This document shows positions 36,826 to 46,762 of a stretch of DNA of 64,000 nt, in pieces. Each line of letters opens with the position of its first letter. Positions within the stretch are counted from its first letter, which is position 1. The stretch comes from Candidatus Woesebacteria bacterium RIFCSPHIGHO2_01_FULL_39_23. GTDB taxonomy: Bacteria; Patescibacteriota; Microgenomatia; UBA8517. The stretch is from positions 34,347 to 98,346 of the forward strand of contig MGGH01000023.1 in the NCBI GenBank assembly GCA_001792305.1. The letters are read 5' to 3'. The notes beneath the pieces are model-generated. The model did not search any database and was not told where the DNA came from. It saw nothing but the letters and a program-made list of their open reading frames with translations. Made by a program: the position numbers and the translations under genes.

Positions 36826-38740
36826 AATAATTGGTATTGATCTCGGAACTACAAATAGTGTTGTTGCCGTGATGGAAGGCGGCAGACCAAAAGTTATTGC
36901 AGCGGCGGATACTGGACGAAACATTACACCATCTGTTGTCGAGCCTGTCAAAAACCTGGTCGGAGATGTGGCTAAAAGACAAATGATCTTAAACCCCAAA
37001 AATACAATTTATTCGATTAAAAGACTAATGGGAAGAAGGAAGGGAGACGACGAGGTAAAGAGGACAGAGAAAATGGTTCCCTACACAATTACTTCAGGCA
37101 AAGATAGCATGGCGGCGGTTGAAGTGGAAGGAAAGACTTACACTCCCCAGGAAATTTCGGCAATGATTTTGGCTAAGCTTAAGAAAGACGCCGAAACTCA
37201 TCTTGGAGAAAAAGTTGAGCAGGCAGTAATTACAGTCCCCGCCTATTTTGACGACAGCCAGCGCCAGGCAACAAAACAAGCAGGAGAGATTGCGGGCCTT
37301 AAAGTTGAGAGGATAATTAATGAGCCTACAGCAGCTGCTTTAGCATACGGGCTTGATAAGGGAAAATCGGAAAAAATTGCAGTGTATGATCTTGGGGGTG
37401 GAACTTTTGATATTTCAGTCCTTGAGCTGGGTGACGGGGTTTTTGAGGTTAAAGCAACAAATGGAGACACTCATCTTGGTGGAGATGACTTCGACGCAGT
37501 GATTGTTGACTATATAGTAACGGAATTTAAGAAAGAAAACGCGGTTGACCTAAAGGCCGATAAACAAGCGTTGCAAAGAGTCAGAGATGCTGCTGAGAAA
37601 GCAAAGATTGAGCTTTCCGCGGCCTCCGAAATCGAAATAAACCAGCCTTACATTACTCAAAAAGACGGCAACCCCCTTCATTTAACAATGAAGCTAACTC
37701 GTGCCAAGCTCGAGAGCTTGGTTGAAGAGTTAATTGAGAAGACCTTTAAACCAGTTGAATCTTGTCTTAAGGACGCAAAACTTGACCCCCATGACATAAA
37801 CGAAGTGATCTTGGTTGGTGGTATGACCAGGATGCCAAAGGTAATTGAAAGAGTAAAGGAATATTTCGGCAAAGAGGCCAATAAATCAGTCAATCCGGAT
37901 GAAGTAGTTGCAGTGGGTGCAGCGATTCAAGCAGGGGTTTTGGCTGGGGATGTGAAAGATATATTACTTTTGGATGTGACACCATTGACTTTGGGAATAG
38001 AGACTTTGGGGGGAGTTGCGACTCCGATGATAACTAGAAACACGACAATTCCGGCTTCTAAGACTGAAACATTCTCAACTGCTGCTGATAATCAAACTCA
38101 AGTTGAGATTCATGTAACTCAGGGTGAGCGTCCGATGTCGGCCGATAATAAATCATTGGGAAGATTTATTTTGGACGGAATTCCGCCTTCGCCTAGGGGA
38201 GTACCTCAAGTCGAGGTCACATTTGATATCGATGCATCTGGGATACTCAAAGTTACTGCAAAAGATAAAGCGACAGGTAAGAGCCAAAACATTACGATAA
38301 CAGGTGCTGTTGGTTTATCTGATGACGAAGTCAAAAGGATGCAGGAAGAAGCGGAGAAGCACAAAGACGAAGACACTAAAAAGTCGGAACTAATTACTGC
38401 CAGGAATCATGCTGATGCAATGGTAGCTACAGCTGAAAAAGCCTTGAAAGATGCTGGGGATAAAGTCGCCAAAGAAATTAGAGAAAAAGTTGAGGAGAAA
38501 ATTAAAGCAGTTAAGGATGTAAAAGATTCTGATAAGAAAGACGAGATTGAGTCTAAAACAAAAGATCTTTCCGAAACTCTTTCACAAATTGGTCAAGCGA
38601 TGTATTCCTCCACAGCTAAAGCTACGGAGGACAAGGGGGCTACAAAGGGGAAAACCAACGGTCCTGAGCCAGCCGAAGGAAAGAAAGCTCCAAAAGACGG
38701 CGACAAAGCCGAAGCGGAAGAAGGGGAGGTAGTATCATAG
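36818..38740 (+). CDS. dnaK: Chaperone DnaK (Hsp70)
   Basis: [26 protein letters not shown] and the C-terminal lid. Confidence 0.95.
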   Translation: MGKIIGIDLGTTNSVVAVMEGGRPKVIAAADTGRNITPSVVEPVKNLVGDVAKRQMILNPKNTIYSIKRLMGRRKGDDEVKRTEKMVPYTITSGKDSMAAVEVEGKTYTPQEISAMILAKLKKDAETHLGEKVEQAVITVPAYFDDSQRQATKQAGEIAGLKVERIINEPTAAALAYGLDKGKSEKIAVYDLGGGTFDISVLELGDGVFEVKATNGDTHLGGDDFDAVIVDYIVTEFKKENAVDLKADKQALQRVRDAAEKAKIELSAASEIEINQPYITQKDGNPLHLTMKLTRAKLESLVEELIEKTFKPVESCLKDAKLDPHDINEVILVGGMTRMPKVIERVKEYFGKEANKSVNPDEVVAVGAAIQAGVLAGDVKDILLLDVTPLTLGIETLGGVATPMITRNTTIPASKTETFSTAADNQTQVEIHVTQGERPMSADNKSLGRFILDGIPPSPRGVPQVEVTFDIDASGILKVTAKDKATGKSQNITITGAVGLSDDEVKRMQEEAEKHKDEDTKKSELITARNHADAMVATAEKALKDAGDKVAKEIREKVEEKIKAVKDVKDSDKKDEIESKTKDLSETLSQIGQAMYSSTAKATEDKGATKGKTNGPEPAEGKKAPKDGDKAEAEEGEVVS

Positions 38741-38741
38741 T

Positions 38742-39620
38742 GTGGCAGCAGCGAAAGCAGACTACTACGATATCCTTGGAGTATCAAAAAACTCTTCTCA
38801 GGACGAGATAAAGAAAGCCTATAGAAAGCAGGCTCTGGAATGGCACCCGGACCGCCATAAGGACGACAAAGAGGCAGCAGAGAAGCGCTTCAAAGAAATT
38901 AACGAGGCTTATCAGGTATTATCTGATTCCAAGAAACGTCAGACTTATGACCAATTTGGTCATAGTGCATTTTCTCCTGGAGGTGGATTCGCTGGTCAAG
39001 AAAGTCCTTTTGGACAAGGCGGACAGTATGGGCCATTTACCTATACTTATTATTCAAGTGACGGCGGAAAGGGTTCGCCTTTTGCAAGTTTTGATTTTGG
39101 CGATCCGTTTGACATTTTCGAACAATTCTTCGGAGGATCGCCTTTTAGGCGTGCCCGCGCAAAACCCCGTTATAGTATGACGATTGCTTTTGATGACGCG
39201 GTACGTGGGGCAACAAAGGAAGTTCAGATAGAAGGCAAGAAAAGAAAAATTAAAGTCCCCGCAGGAGTTGATGATGGTTCAAGAATAGAATTTGATGATT
39301 TTATTCTTTCAATAAACGTTAAACCAGATCCGAAATTTGAGCGAGACGGAGCAGATATTTATTTTAGAGAGAATATCAGTTTTACGACAGCCGCATTGGG
39401 CGGAGAGGTCGAAGTGCCAACTGTTGATGACAGGGTGAAACTTCGAATCCGCCCAGGGACAAAGTCGGGTACGATGATTCGTCTTCGGGAAAAAGGGATG
39501 CCTAATCTTCGCGGGTCTGGTCGTGGCGACCAATATGTTCGAATTACAGTCGACGTCCCCGAAAGACTCACTGGTGGCCAAAAACGCCTTTTGGAAGAAT
39601 TGAGAAGGGAAGGAATATAA
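38742..39620 (+). CDS. dnaJ: J-domain co-chaperone (DnaJ/CbpA-type) without the Cys-rich zinc-finger domain; GTG start
   Basis: DYYDILGV...HPD, a G/F-rich region and C-terminal domains. There are no CxxCxGxG repeats. Confidence 0.8.
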   Translation: MAAAKADYYDILGVSKNSSQDEIKKAYRKQALEWHPDRHKDDKEAAEKRFKEINEAYQVLSDSKKRQTYDQFGHSAFSPGGGFAGQESPFGQGGQYGPFTYTYYSSDGGKGSPFASFDFGDPFDIFEQFFGGSPFRRARAKPRYSMTIAFDDAVRGATKEVQIEGKKRKIKVPAGVDDGSRIEFDDFILSINVKPDPKFERDGADIYFRENISFTTAALGGEVEVPTVDDRVKLRIRPGTKSGTMIRLREKGMPNLRGSGRGDQYVRITVDVPERLTGGQKRLLEELRREGI

Positions 39621-39685
39621 TTTTAAATTGACTTGTGTAATTAAACGATTTAAACTATAGCAGGTTTTGTGGATCAGGAATAATT

Positions 39686-39707
39686 GGTGGGGTGACCCAC
39701 CTTTTTT
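39686..39707 (+). terminator. Rho-independent terminator-like hairpin between dnaJ and nusA
   Basis: GGTGGG-gtga-CCCACC followed by TTTTTT. It ends 8 nt before the nusA ATG. Confidence 0.5.
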
Positions 39708-39715
39708 AATAATTT

Positions 39716-40765
39716 ATGGTAGCGCAAACAGCCAGAACAGAATTTGCTCAGGCTCTCAAAGCAGTTGCTACAGAGCGTGGGCTTGACGTGGAAGTGATCT
39801 TGGAAACAATCAGGCAGGCGATTATTGCTGCTTATAAAAGAGACGCTCGGGAGCAAGGAGAGGAAGGAGAGGAAGCAGAAGAGCTTCAGTACGAAGTAGA
39901 GATTGATCCGGTTAGCGGCGAGGCAAAAATATATTCTTATGAGGAAGGAAAGCATAATAAAAAGAAGGATATTACACCTCCTGGATTCGGGCGGATTGCG
40001 GCCCAAACCGCAAAGCAGGTCATTCACCAGAAAATCAGGGAAGCTGAGAAAGACGCTGTTCTCGAGGAATTTTCCGACAGAGTTGGCTCCTTAATTTCCG
40101 GCATGATCCTTCGTTTTGATGGGCCTAATGTGAGAGTTGATATGGGTAGGACCGAAGGTCTGATGCCAGCCGAGGAGCGAGTACCTAATGAGAGACTTTC
40201 CTTAAGCCAAAGATTGACGTTTTTACTTAAAAATATTGTTGAAGGTCCAAGGGGAAAAGAAGTTATTTTGTCACGCGCGGACCCTGAGTTTGTCAAAAAG
40301 CTTTTTAGCCGGGAAGTGCCGGAGTTGTCATCTGGAAGCATAGAAATAAAGGCAATTGTCAGAGAACCTGGAACCAGGACCAAAATTGCTGTTGTTTCCA
40401 AGCAATCTGGGGTTGACCCCGTTGGCTCTTGTGTCGGCCAAAAAGGTGTGCGGGTGCAGGCAGTTACCAATGAGCTAAACGGTGAGAGAGTAGACATTAT
40501 TCCCTGGACTGATGATCAAAAGGAATTGATTAAGGTAGCCTTGTCCCCCGCCGAAATAGACTCAATCAGTATCATTAAGAGTACTAACACTGCCAAGGTA
40601 GTAGTGCCTGAAGATCAACTTTCAATAGTAATTGGTAAAGAAGGTCAGAATGTGCGCCTGGCAAGTAAACTTGCTGGCGTTAAAATTGATGTAATTTCGT
40701 CAGGAAAGGTTTCGAACAAAAAGCCTGTTAAAGAGAAGCAAGAAGAAAAGCGGAGAGCTAGATAA
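39716..40765 (+). CDS. nusA: Transcription termination/antitermination factor NusA
   Basis: N-terminal EFAQALKAVATERGLDVEVILETIRQAIIAAYKR, then S1 and two KH domains. Confidence 0.85.
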   Translation: MVAQTARTEFAQALKAVATERGLDVEVILETIRQAIIAAYKRDAREQGEEGEEAEELQYEVEIDPVSGEAKIYSYEEGKHNKKKDITPPGFGRIAAQTAKQVIHQKIREAEKDAVLEEFSDRVGSLISGMILRFDGPNVRVDMGRTEGLMPAEERVPNERLSLSQRLTFLLKNIVEGPRGKEVILSRADPEFVKKLFSREVPELSSGSIEIKAIVREPGTRTKIAVVSKQSGVDPVGSCVGQKGVRVQAVTNELNGERVDIIPWTDDQKELIKVALSPAEIDSISIIKSTNTAKVVVPEDQLSIVIGKEGQNVRLASKLAGVKIDVISSGKVSNKKPVKEKQEEKRRAR

Positions 40766-40780
40766 AGAACATGTATCTAG

Positions 40781-42205
40781 GTGCAGAAAGAAATTACTTT
40801 AAATATGAAAAGACCAAGACCACCAATTGTGACTGTTTTAGGCCATGTAGACCATGGAAAGACCACTCTTCTTGACTACATCCGAAAGACATCTCTTGCC
40901 AAAAAGGAAGCCGGTGGAATAACTCAAAATATTGGTGCTTCAGTTATAACTACCCAAAAAGGTCTGCCTCAAGGGGTAGGTAAAGAAATAACTTTTATAG
41001 ATACCCCCGGCCACGCTGCATTTTCGAACATGAGGTCGCGGGGGGTAAAATTGGCTGACATAGCAATTTTAGTTGTCGCTTCAGATGCTGGGGTGAAACC
41101 CCAGACAGAAGAAGCGCTAAATTACATAACAGAAGTTAATGCCCCGTTTATAGTTGCTTTAACAAAAGTAGATTTGCCAAGTGCAGAGATAGAAAAAGTT
41201 AAAGGTGAACTTGAAAAGTTGGGAGTATTATTTGAAGGACGTGGTGGGAATGTTCCGTTAATTGCTGTTTCGGCAAAAACTGGTCAGGGAGTGAATGAAC
41301 TATTGGAAACTATTAGTTTAATGGCTGATGTTGGAGAAATATCTGGAGACGATAAGGCTTCCTTGGAAGCGGTAGTGATTGAAACTTTAAAAGATAACCG
41401 CGGGGTGCTGGTTTCGGTAGTTGTTAAAAACGGCTTGCTTAGAGTTTCAGATACTGTATTTTGCACTGATATCAAGGCTAAAGTAAGGGGTTTATTTAAT
41501 TTTCAAGGGAAAAGCGTTCGAGAAGTTTTTCCCGGGTTTCCCTGCCAAATTTTGGGTTTTTCCCACCTTCCCGAAGTTGGGAGTTTAATAACGACCGAGG
41601 CAACAAAAGTCGAAAAGAAACAATTAGATACTTTTACAGAAGGAACTTTAAACGAAGGTCTACCGATGATTATTAAAGCTGACAATAGCGGCAGTTTAGA
41701 GGCAGTCGTCTCAAATCTTCCCTCAGGAGTGCACGTCGTCTCAAAAGGTGTGGGTGATGTAAATGAGGGTGATATTTTTTTAGCTAAAACCTCAAAAGCG
41801 AATATTTTTACATTTGAAGCCAAAGCAAATAGTAGTGTTCGGAAACTCGGTGAAACAGAAGGGGTTAAAATTTTTGAATTCAAGATCATTTATGAGCTTT
41901 TTGAAGCGTTAGAGAAATTAATTGAAGAAGGAATAGAAAAGATTCTGGGTAAAGCTCGGATTTCGGCAAGCTTCCCTTATGAAAGGAAAAAAGTAGCTGG
42001 TTGCAAGGTATTGGAAGGGAAAATATCAAAAGCGAGTAAGTTAAGGCTTTTTCGTGATGATAATGCTTTGGGGAATGTAAGGGTGATTTCTCTCAAAAAG
42101 GGCAAACTTGACGTTGATGAGGTTGGCCAGGGGGAAGAATTCGGAGTAATTTTTGAGCCCCAGCTTGAATTTAAACCTGGTGATGTGTTACTATCGGTGC
42201 AATAA
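40781..42205 (+). CDS. infB: Translation initiation factor IF-2, compact form
   Basis: [30 protein letters not shown]. Only 474 aa, with no long N-terminal extension. Confidence 0.85.
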   Translation: MQKEITLNMKRPRPPIVTVLGHVDHGKTTLLDYIRKTSLAKKEAGGITQNIGASVITTQKGLPQGVGKEITFIDTPGHAAFSNMRSRGVKLADIAILVVASDAGVKPQTEEALNYITEVNAPFIVALTKVDLPSAEIEKVKGELEKLGVLFEGRGGNVPLIAVSAKTGQGVNELLETISLMADVGEISGDDKASLEAVVIETLKDNRGVLVSVVVKNGLLRVSDTVFCTDIKAKVRGLFNFQGKSVREVFPGFPCQILGFSHLPEVGSLITTEATKVEKKQLDTFTEGTLNEGLPMIIKADNSGSLEAVVSNLPSGVHVVSKGVGDVNEGDIFLAKTSKANIFTFEAKANSSVRKLGETEGVKIFEFKIIYELFEALEKLIEEGIEKILGKARISASFPYERKKVAGCKVLEGKISKASKLRLFRDDNALGNVRVISLKKGKLDVDEVGQGEEFGVIFEPQLEFKPGDVLLSVQ

Positions 42206-42207
42206 CT

Positions 42208-43062
42208 ATGGGTGGTCAACTTAAGCCAATTATTGATGGGAGTAAATCGGTATTGCTTCTTTTGCCGGTTAATCCCACTTTTGATACTGTTGCCGGAGGA
42301 CTTGGGATGTATTTGGCCTTGCAATCTCAAAAAGAAGTAAGCATCGCCTGCGAAACGCCCATGACTGTCGAACATAATCGTCTGGTTGGGGTAAATAAGA
42401 TATCCTCGGAAGCTGGCGATAAGAACTTAGTGATAAGATTTAAAAATTACCACGCAAACAATATCGAAAGGGTTAGCTACGATATTGAAAACGGAGAGTT
42501 TCGTTTAACAGTGATACCAAAACCCCGTAACAGCGCCCCTCAAAGAGAACACGTTCATTTGACGTACTCCGGGGTGGCTGCCTCTACACTGTTTCTTATT
42601 GGTGGATCTCACGAGGAACACTTTCCCATGCTTAAGTCTTCGGACGCGGCTAATCTTAAGAAAGTTCATATAGGTGTTCGAAGTTTAAATGTTACAGGTG
42701 GTCAAAATATTATGTCTCTAGCCAGACCCGCTTCATCTGTGTCAGAGCTTGTTGTTCACTTGCTTCGCGAAGCCGAATTTGGCTTGGAGGCGGATGTCGC
42801 GACGAATTTACTCATGGGAATTGAAGAGGAAACTAATAGTTTTACAACACAAGAGGTAACATCCGAGACTTTTGAGATAGTTTCGTATCTTTTGAAATCG
42901 GGTGGACAGAGAAAACCCAAAAATCTTCCGGATTCTAGATTTTTCCCGCCAGGTGCGATTCCCGGAGAGAAACTCCATCCATTGGAGGAAGCGGAAAAAG
43001 GAGATATCCCCAAAGCCTGGATGGAAAAACCCGCGGTTTATAAAGGAACGAGTATCAGTTAG
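42208..43062 (+). CDS. Hypothetical protein, possibly a degenerate DHH/DHHA1 (NrnA/CnpB-like) phosphoesterase
   Basis: Positional analog of the DHH gene that follows infB/rbfA in other bacteria. Motifs are weak (FDTVAGG, GGSHEEH, LKSGGQ). Confidence 0.3.
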   Translation: MGGQLKPIIDGSKSVLLLLPVNPTFDTVAGGLGMYLALQSQKEVSIACETPMTVEHNRLVGVNKISSEAGDKNLVIRFKNYHANNIERVSYDIENGEFRLTVIPKPRNSAPQREHVHLTYSGVAASTLFLIGGSHEEHFPMLKSSDAANLKKVHIGVRSLNVTGGQNIMSLARPASSVSELVVHLLREAEFGLEADVATNLLMGIEEETNSFTTQEVTSETFEIVSYLLKSGGQRKPKNLPDSRFFPPGAIPGEKLHPLEEAEKGDIPKAWMEKPAVYKGTSIS

Positions 43063-43104
43063 TTTGAATTTAACTTAATCTGGGAAAATCTCTCAACTAT
43101 ACAA

Positions 43105-43437
43105 CTATAAAAGCGACGATAGTTTTCTTGTGTCTTTCAAGTTATCGCAATAGCTTTCGTAACGCTTAATTGCTTTATCGCTTTTTTCAATAATCCGGCT
43201 TACTTTATCCGCAATATTATCTCTTCTTTGTTTCAAAGCCTGCATTTCTTGAACGCTGAAAGCTTTGTATTCAGTTTCGCCTGAAACCTCATCCAGTAAA
43301 AAATTAAATGAGCGCTCCGCCGTACGAAGTTGGGCAACGAATTTCGGTTCCGGCGCGTTTTCGGCCTTATCGACCAATCTTTCGAGAAGAGAAATGTAGT
43401 TTTCCAAAAATTTCCGATAAGAGTCTATTTTATCCAT
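43105..43437 (-). CDS. Hypothetical alpha-helical protein (island ORF 1)
   Basis: 110 aa, no recognisable family. Confidence 0.4.
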   Translation of the reverse strand: MDKIDSYRKFLENYISLLERLVDKAENAPEPKFVAQLRTAERSFNFLLDEVSGETEYKAFSVQEMQALKQRRDNIADKVSRIIEKSDKAIKRYESYCDNLKDTRKLSSLL

Positions 43438-43520
43438 GCAGCAACATAATAAAGTTTTACGGGGTGGAAATCAATATTGATATGCTTTAAAATTTAGTCA
43501 ATTGTTTAGCGTAGACGGCT

Positions 43521-44276
43521 ATGAGTTCAAAATACGTTCAGTTTGTTTTTCCCCAATTTCCCAAACGCTCACTGGGTGGAAAACATGGTTCCGAATTTAT
43601 CGACTCATTAAAAAAACTACTTCCCAAAAAAGCTAAAACAAGTTTATTTCTACCTTTCCCTAAAAACTCCTCAACACCTGTATTTCAAGAAAGTCCAACC
43701 ACGGCCGAGATTTCCCCAGCGATTATCAGTAGCGAGCTTGGTTATGTCCAAGTTAGTGTTGGCTTAGATAAAAACGATTTATTTGGAAGAGTATTTTCGG
43801 TCAGAGATGGAGTTTCCGACGGCCTGCACCGTCTTAATTTTTATCTTATTTTCTCGTTTAATGATATCGTTCATTATTCCAGTCAGACCAACCCACGGTT
43901 CTTTGACAAAGGGGGCATGAGTCCCTTAAGAATAAATCCGCCAGTTCGGGAGTATGCAGTAATTTCAGACAAGGTTAACAATAAGGATTATCATTTTCCA
44001 CCCGTTCCCGGCTTGGCAGAATTCTCCGATTCCACATTCGACGCCGAAGCTTACAGTTTGGAATATATGGATGCCAGATACGGCACATCATCAATAATGC
44101 ATGAAACTATCAAGTCGGGATTATATTGTTTAACTGTCGAACTGGATTTTTCCCCCAAAAGTCAGCTCCTAGCCTACTCCAAGCAATTTGAAGAAATTTT
44201 AATACCCCTGTTTGGAGATGATTACGTTCTGGTTCCCAAACCCCCCCAATCCGAGTTTTCTAAAATCACTCCCTAA
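43521..44276 (+). CDS. Hypothetical protein (island ORF 2)
   Basis: 251 aa, no recognisable motifs. Confidence 0.4.
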   Translation: MSSKYVQFVFPQFPKRSLGGKHGSEFIDSLKKLLPKKAKTSLFLPFPKNSSTPVFQESPTTAEISPAIISSELGYVQVSVGLDKNDLFGRVFSVRDGVSDGLHRLNFYLIFSFNDIVHYSSQTNPRFFDKGGMSPLRINPPVREYAVISDKVNNKDYHFPPVPGLAEFSDSTFDAEAYSLEYMDARYGTSSIMHETIKSGLYCLTVELDFSPKSQLLAYSKQFEEILIPLFGDDYVLVPKPPQSEFSKITP

Positions 44277-44327
44277 GTGCCACCCTAGTTGTTTTATAAC
44301 ATAAGTAGTGAAATAATTTGATAGGGA

Positions 44328-44591
44328 GTGAAAGTGATGGAAGGAGGAGACGCGGGAGTTAGGGAAGGTTTGGGGAGTGGTCAAGAAACTGCTCGTGAAA
44401 CTCGGGCGAGGGTTGACGCTGGAGCGAGGTTGAGAGATGCCGCGGATTTTGATCTCAGTCGGGCTCAAGCACGGCTCGCTAAACCTGACTTGAATGCGAC
44501 AATTAGAGTTGGCCGAACGCCAACTGAAACGGGTAAACTGCAAAGATTATCTCAAGCTCTTAAGATGTTGGTTCAAGGAAATAGAGGCTAG
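44328..44591 (+). CDS. Hypothetical Arg/Ala-rich low-complexity ORF in a locally GC-rich segment. Coding status is uncertain; it could be a structured RNA.
   Basis: 87 aa. MKVMEGGDAGVREGLGSGQETARETRARVDAGARLRDAADFDLSRAQARLAK. Local GC is roughly 55-58%. Confidence 0.25.
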   Translation: MKVMEGGDAGVREGLGSGQETARETRARVDAGARLRDAADFDLSRAQARLAKPDLNATIRVGRTPTETGKLQRLSQALKMLVQGNRG

Positions 44592-44638
44592 GATTTTGTT
44601 CGTGATCTTTAAGCAGCGGGCTATACTTTAAAATGTAA

Positions 44639-44983
44639 ATGGCTTACGATATCCATATCACTCGCAGAAATAATTGGTTTGACAAAGAAGGGCCGGTTAT
44701 TTCTGAAGAAGAATGGAAAAGGCTAGTCGGTGAGGATTCTGAATTAAAACTTACAGATTATGCCGAGTCCTCACTGAAAAATAAACCGTTTGAAATAGTA
44801 AGACTAAAAAAACACCTCATGGGGCTGTTGAGTGACCCAATAACAAAAAAAGACTTTTATTTTGTATATTCTCCAGAGAAAATAACTGTGTCGGATGCTG
44901 AAAGGAATGTCGTTGAAAAAATGAAGCAGGTTGCTCAAAAGTTGGATGCAAAAGTACAGGGAGATGAAGGAGAACTCTATTAA
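44639..44983 (+). CDS. Hypothetical protein (island ORF 4)
   Basis: 114 aa. MAYDIHITRRNNWFDKEGPVISEEEWKRLVGEDSEL. Confidence 0.4.
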   Translation: MAYDIHITRRNNWFDKEGPVISEEEWKRLVGEDSELKLTDYAESSLKNKPFEIVRLKKHLMGLLSDPITKKDFYFVYSPEKITVSDAERNVVEKMKQVAQKLDAKVQGDEGELY

Positions 44984-45068
44984 AGATCTGATTTGATACG
45001 ACCTGGAAAATTTTAGCCGAAAGGTTGGGTCGGTGTGAAAGTGCGGAGTAAGGTTGATATTTAAGGCA

Positions 45069-45548
45069 CTAGAATTTATAAACAACTCGCATCAGGTGAG
45101 TTGGCGTATCTTCAGCTTGCGAACCGATAATTCTTCTTAAGGCTCTGCGAGCCGGGTTTGTTTCAGGATTTTTGTCGCTGTGTTCACCGTCAATTGTTCC
45201 GTGATTTCGTAAAGCTAGAGTGGTTATCTCTCCTGAAGCTTCTATAATCAGATTGAAATCATCTCCATACAGTTGTACTTCTCTGCGTGCTATTCCCTGC
45301 ATTTTATCTCTTTGAATACCTGTAAGTATCTGTTCGCTGGCCATTGCACCTACTATGTCTCCTTCTCTAAATTCGTCTTCCTGAATGCCTTGATACAATT
45401 CTGCTTCGTCTGGGTCATGAATTTGGATTTCGGCCCCTTTTTCTCTCCACTCCGGAATAATTCCAACCACGGCACTCTCAAAAGTAACTGCGTTTTGCTG
45501 GCTCTCAACGTGAGGTAAACTGAATTCTCCCGACGAATCTAGATTCAT
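45069..45548 (-). CDS. Hypothetical protein (island ORF 5)
   Basis: 159 aa. Overlaps the upstream ORF 6 by 4 nt, so probably an operon. Confidence 0.4.
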   Translation of the reverse strand: MNLDSSGEFSLPHVESQQNAVTFESAVVGIIPEWREKGAEIQIHDPDEAELYQGIQEDEFREGDIVGAMASEQILTGIQRDKMQGIARREVQLYGDDFNLIIEASGEITTLALRNHGTIDGEHSDKNPETNPARRALRRIIGSQAEDTPTHLMRVVYKF

Positions 45549-46339
45549 TGTAGTGAAGATTTTAGTGTCTCAAGACTTTTGATTCTGACATCTGTCGTGT
45601 TGATGGTGTGCATTAACCTACCCCGTTCTGTTGTCGATTGCAGAGCTTTTAGCCGTAGGATTTCAGCGTTAATTGTTAAAATTTGTCCTGTTTCAGTCAT
45701 ACCTTGTTTTGATGCCTTAAGCCTTGCGATTTCTTGTTTTAACCTTTTGTATTCGTCATCTCCGGGTAGTTTTCCGATTGGTTTTAGGCTACCCCTTGCC
45801 GCATCAAATCTTGCTTTTAATTCCCCAATCTCTCTTTCAATCTCCAGTTTTACTGGTTCACGATTTCCCATTCTGAGGTTTGATGCCATATTGGTTAATC
45901 GTGCAAGTTCTGTTTTTGCGGCACGATCATTTGGGTCCATTACCGAGTCCGCCAAGGCTTGAAGCCGTCTTTGTTCCAAATAACTTTCCGGGGTAGATAA
46001 ATTAGGAAGAGGTCTGCGTTCTGATGCTCTAGGCTGTGATACTTCCGGCTGTCTGCTTAAATCGACCACATGTCTTTCTCCACCTTCATAATAGTAGCCC
46101 TTCCCTCTTCTCTCGTCGTCATCAAAGGGAGTTACATTTACTCGTTTCCCGCCGATTACCATCTCGACTCTTTCTGTTGGTATTGAACCAGCGGCTGATG
46201 GGGCACCCGATCTTGGGGATTCAACCACTGAAGGTCGGGGAGTTACTTCTCTTATTTGATCGCCTCTGACCTCGACTGTTATAGGTCTGGGTGGGCCTTT
46301 TGTTGGGTCCCATTCTGTTTGAGAATCGATCGTCGACAT
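45545..46339 (-). CDS. Hypothetical Pro/Arg/Glu-rich coiled-coil protein (island ORF 6)
   Basis: 264 aa. Higher GC than the window background. Confidence 0.4.
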   Translation of the reverse strand: MSTIDSQTEWDPTKGPPRPITVEVRGDQIREVTPRPSVVESPRSGAPSAAGSIPTERVEMVIGGKRVNVTPFDDDERRGKGYYYEGGERHVVDLSRQPEVSQPRASERRPLPNLSTPESYLEQRRLQALADSVMDPNDRAAKTELARLTNMASNLRMGNREPVKLEIEREIGELKARFDAARGSLKPIGKLPGDDEYKRLKQEIARLKASKQGMTETGQILTINAEILRLKALQSTTERGRLMHTINTTDVRIKSLETLKSSLQ

Positions 46340-46487
46340 ATTTTATGCTTTATAAGCGACTGTACCAATTGGTTGATTAGAATTATAAACTATTTTGTAT
46401 TTTTAAAAAAGTGTGATATCATTCCAAGTGTTGTTTGACTAGGGATACGGACTGTCCGACCTACTACTTGGTTTTACAACAATAAAA

Positions 46488-46754
46488 ATGGCATTATCAA
46501 AGGACGAAAAGCTTGATATTATAAAAAAGTTTGCTATTGAAAAAGGCGACACTGGTTCTCCTGAAGTACAAGTGGCTCTTCTTTCGGCTCAGATAGAAAA
46601 GCTTGCCAAGCATTTGAAAGATCACGCTAAAGATGTACACTCAAGAAGAGGACTTTTGTCGATGGTCGCCAAAAGAAGGAGGCTTCTTAATTACCTTCTT
46701 AAAAAAGACGAGGCTCGCTACAAAGAGCTTGTCAAGAAGCTTAAATTGAAGTAA
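46488..46754 (+). CDS. rpsO: 30S ribosomal protein S15
   Basis: [57 protein letters not shown]. Confidence 0.9.
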   Translation: MALSKDEKLDIIKKFAIEKGDTGSPEVQVALLSAQIEKLAKHLKDHAKDVHSRRGLLSMVAKRRRLLNYLLKKDEARYKELVKKLKLK

Positions 46755-46762
46755 TAATTTTT

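Noticed and set aside
29063-43102. Similar 18-mer (aaaat[c/t]tctcaactat/ca) at 29066-29083 and 43085-43102
   Set aside because: It is only 16 of 18 identical and sits in different contexts, upstream of one gene and downstream of another. This is most likely chance in an AT-rich genome.
44320-44600. Possibility that the GC-rich segment is RNase P RNA, tmRNA, SRP RNA or 6S RNA
   Set aside because: None of the invariant motifs I looked for (RNase P P4 strands, the tmRNA 3' tRNA-like end or tag frame, SRP domain IV) are present. It is kept only as an unassigned anomaly in the findings.
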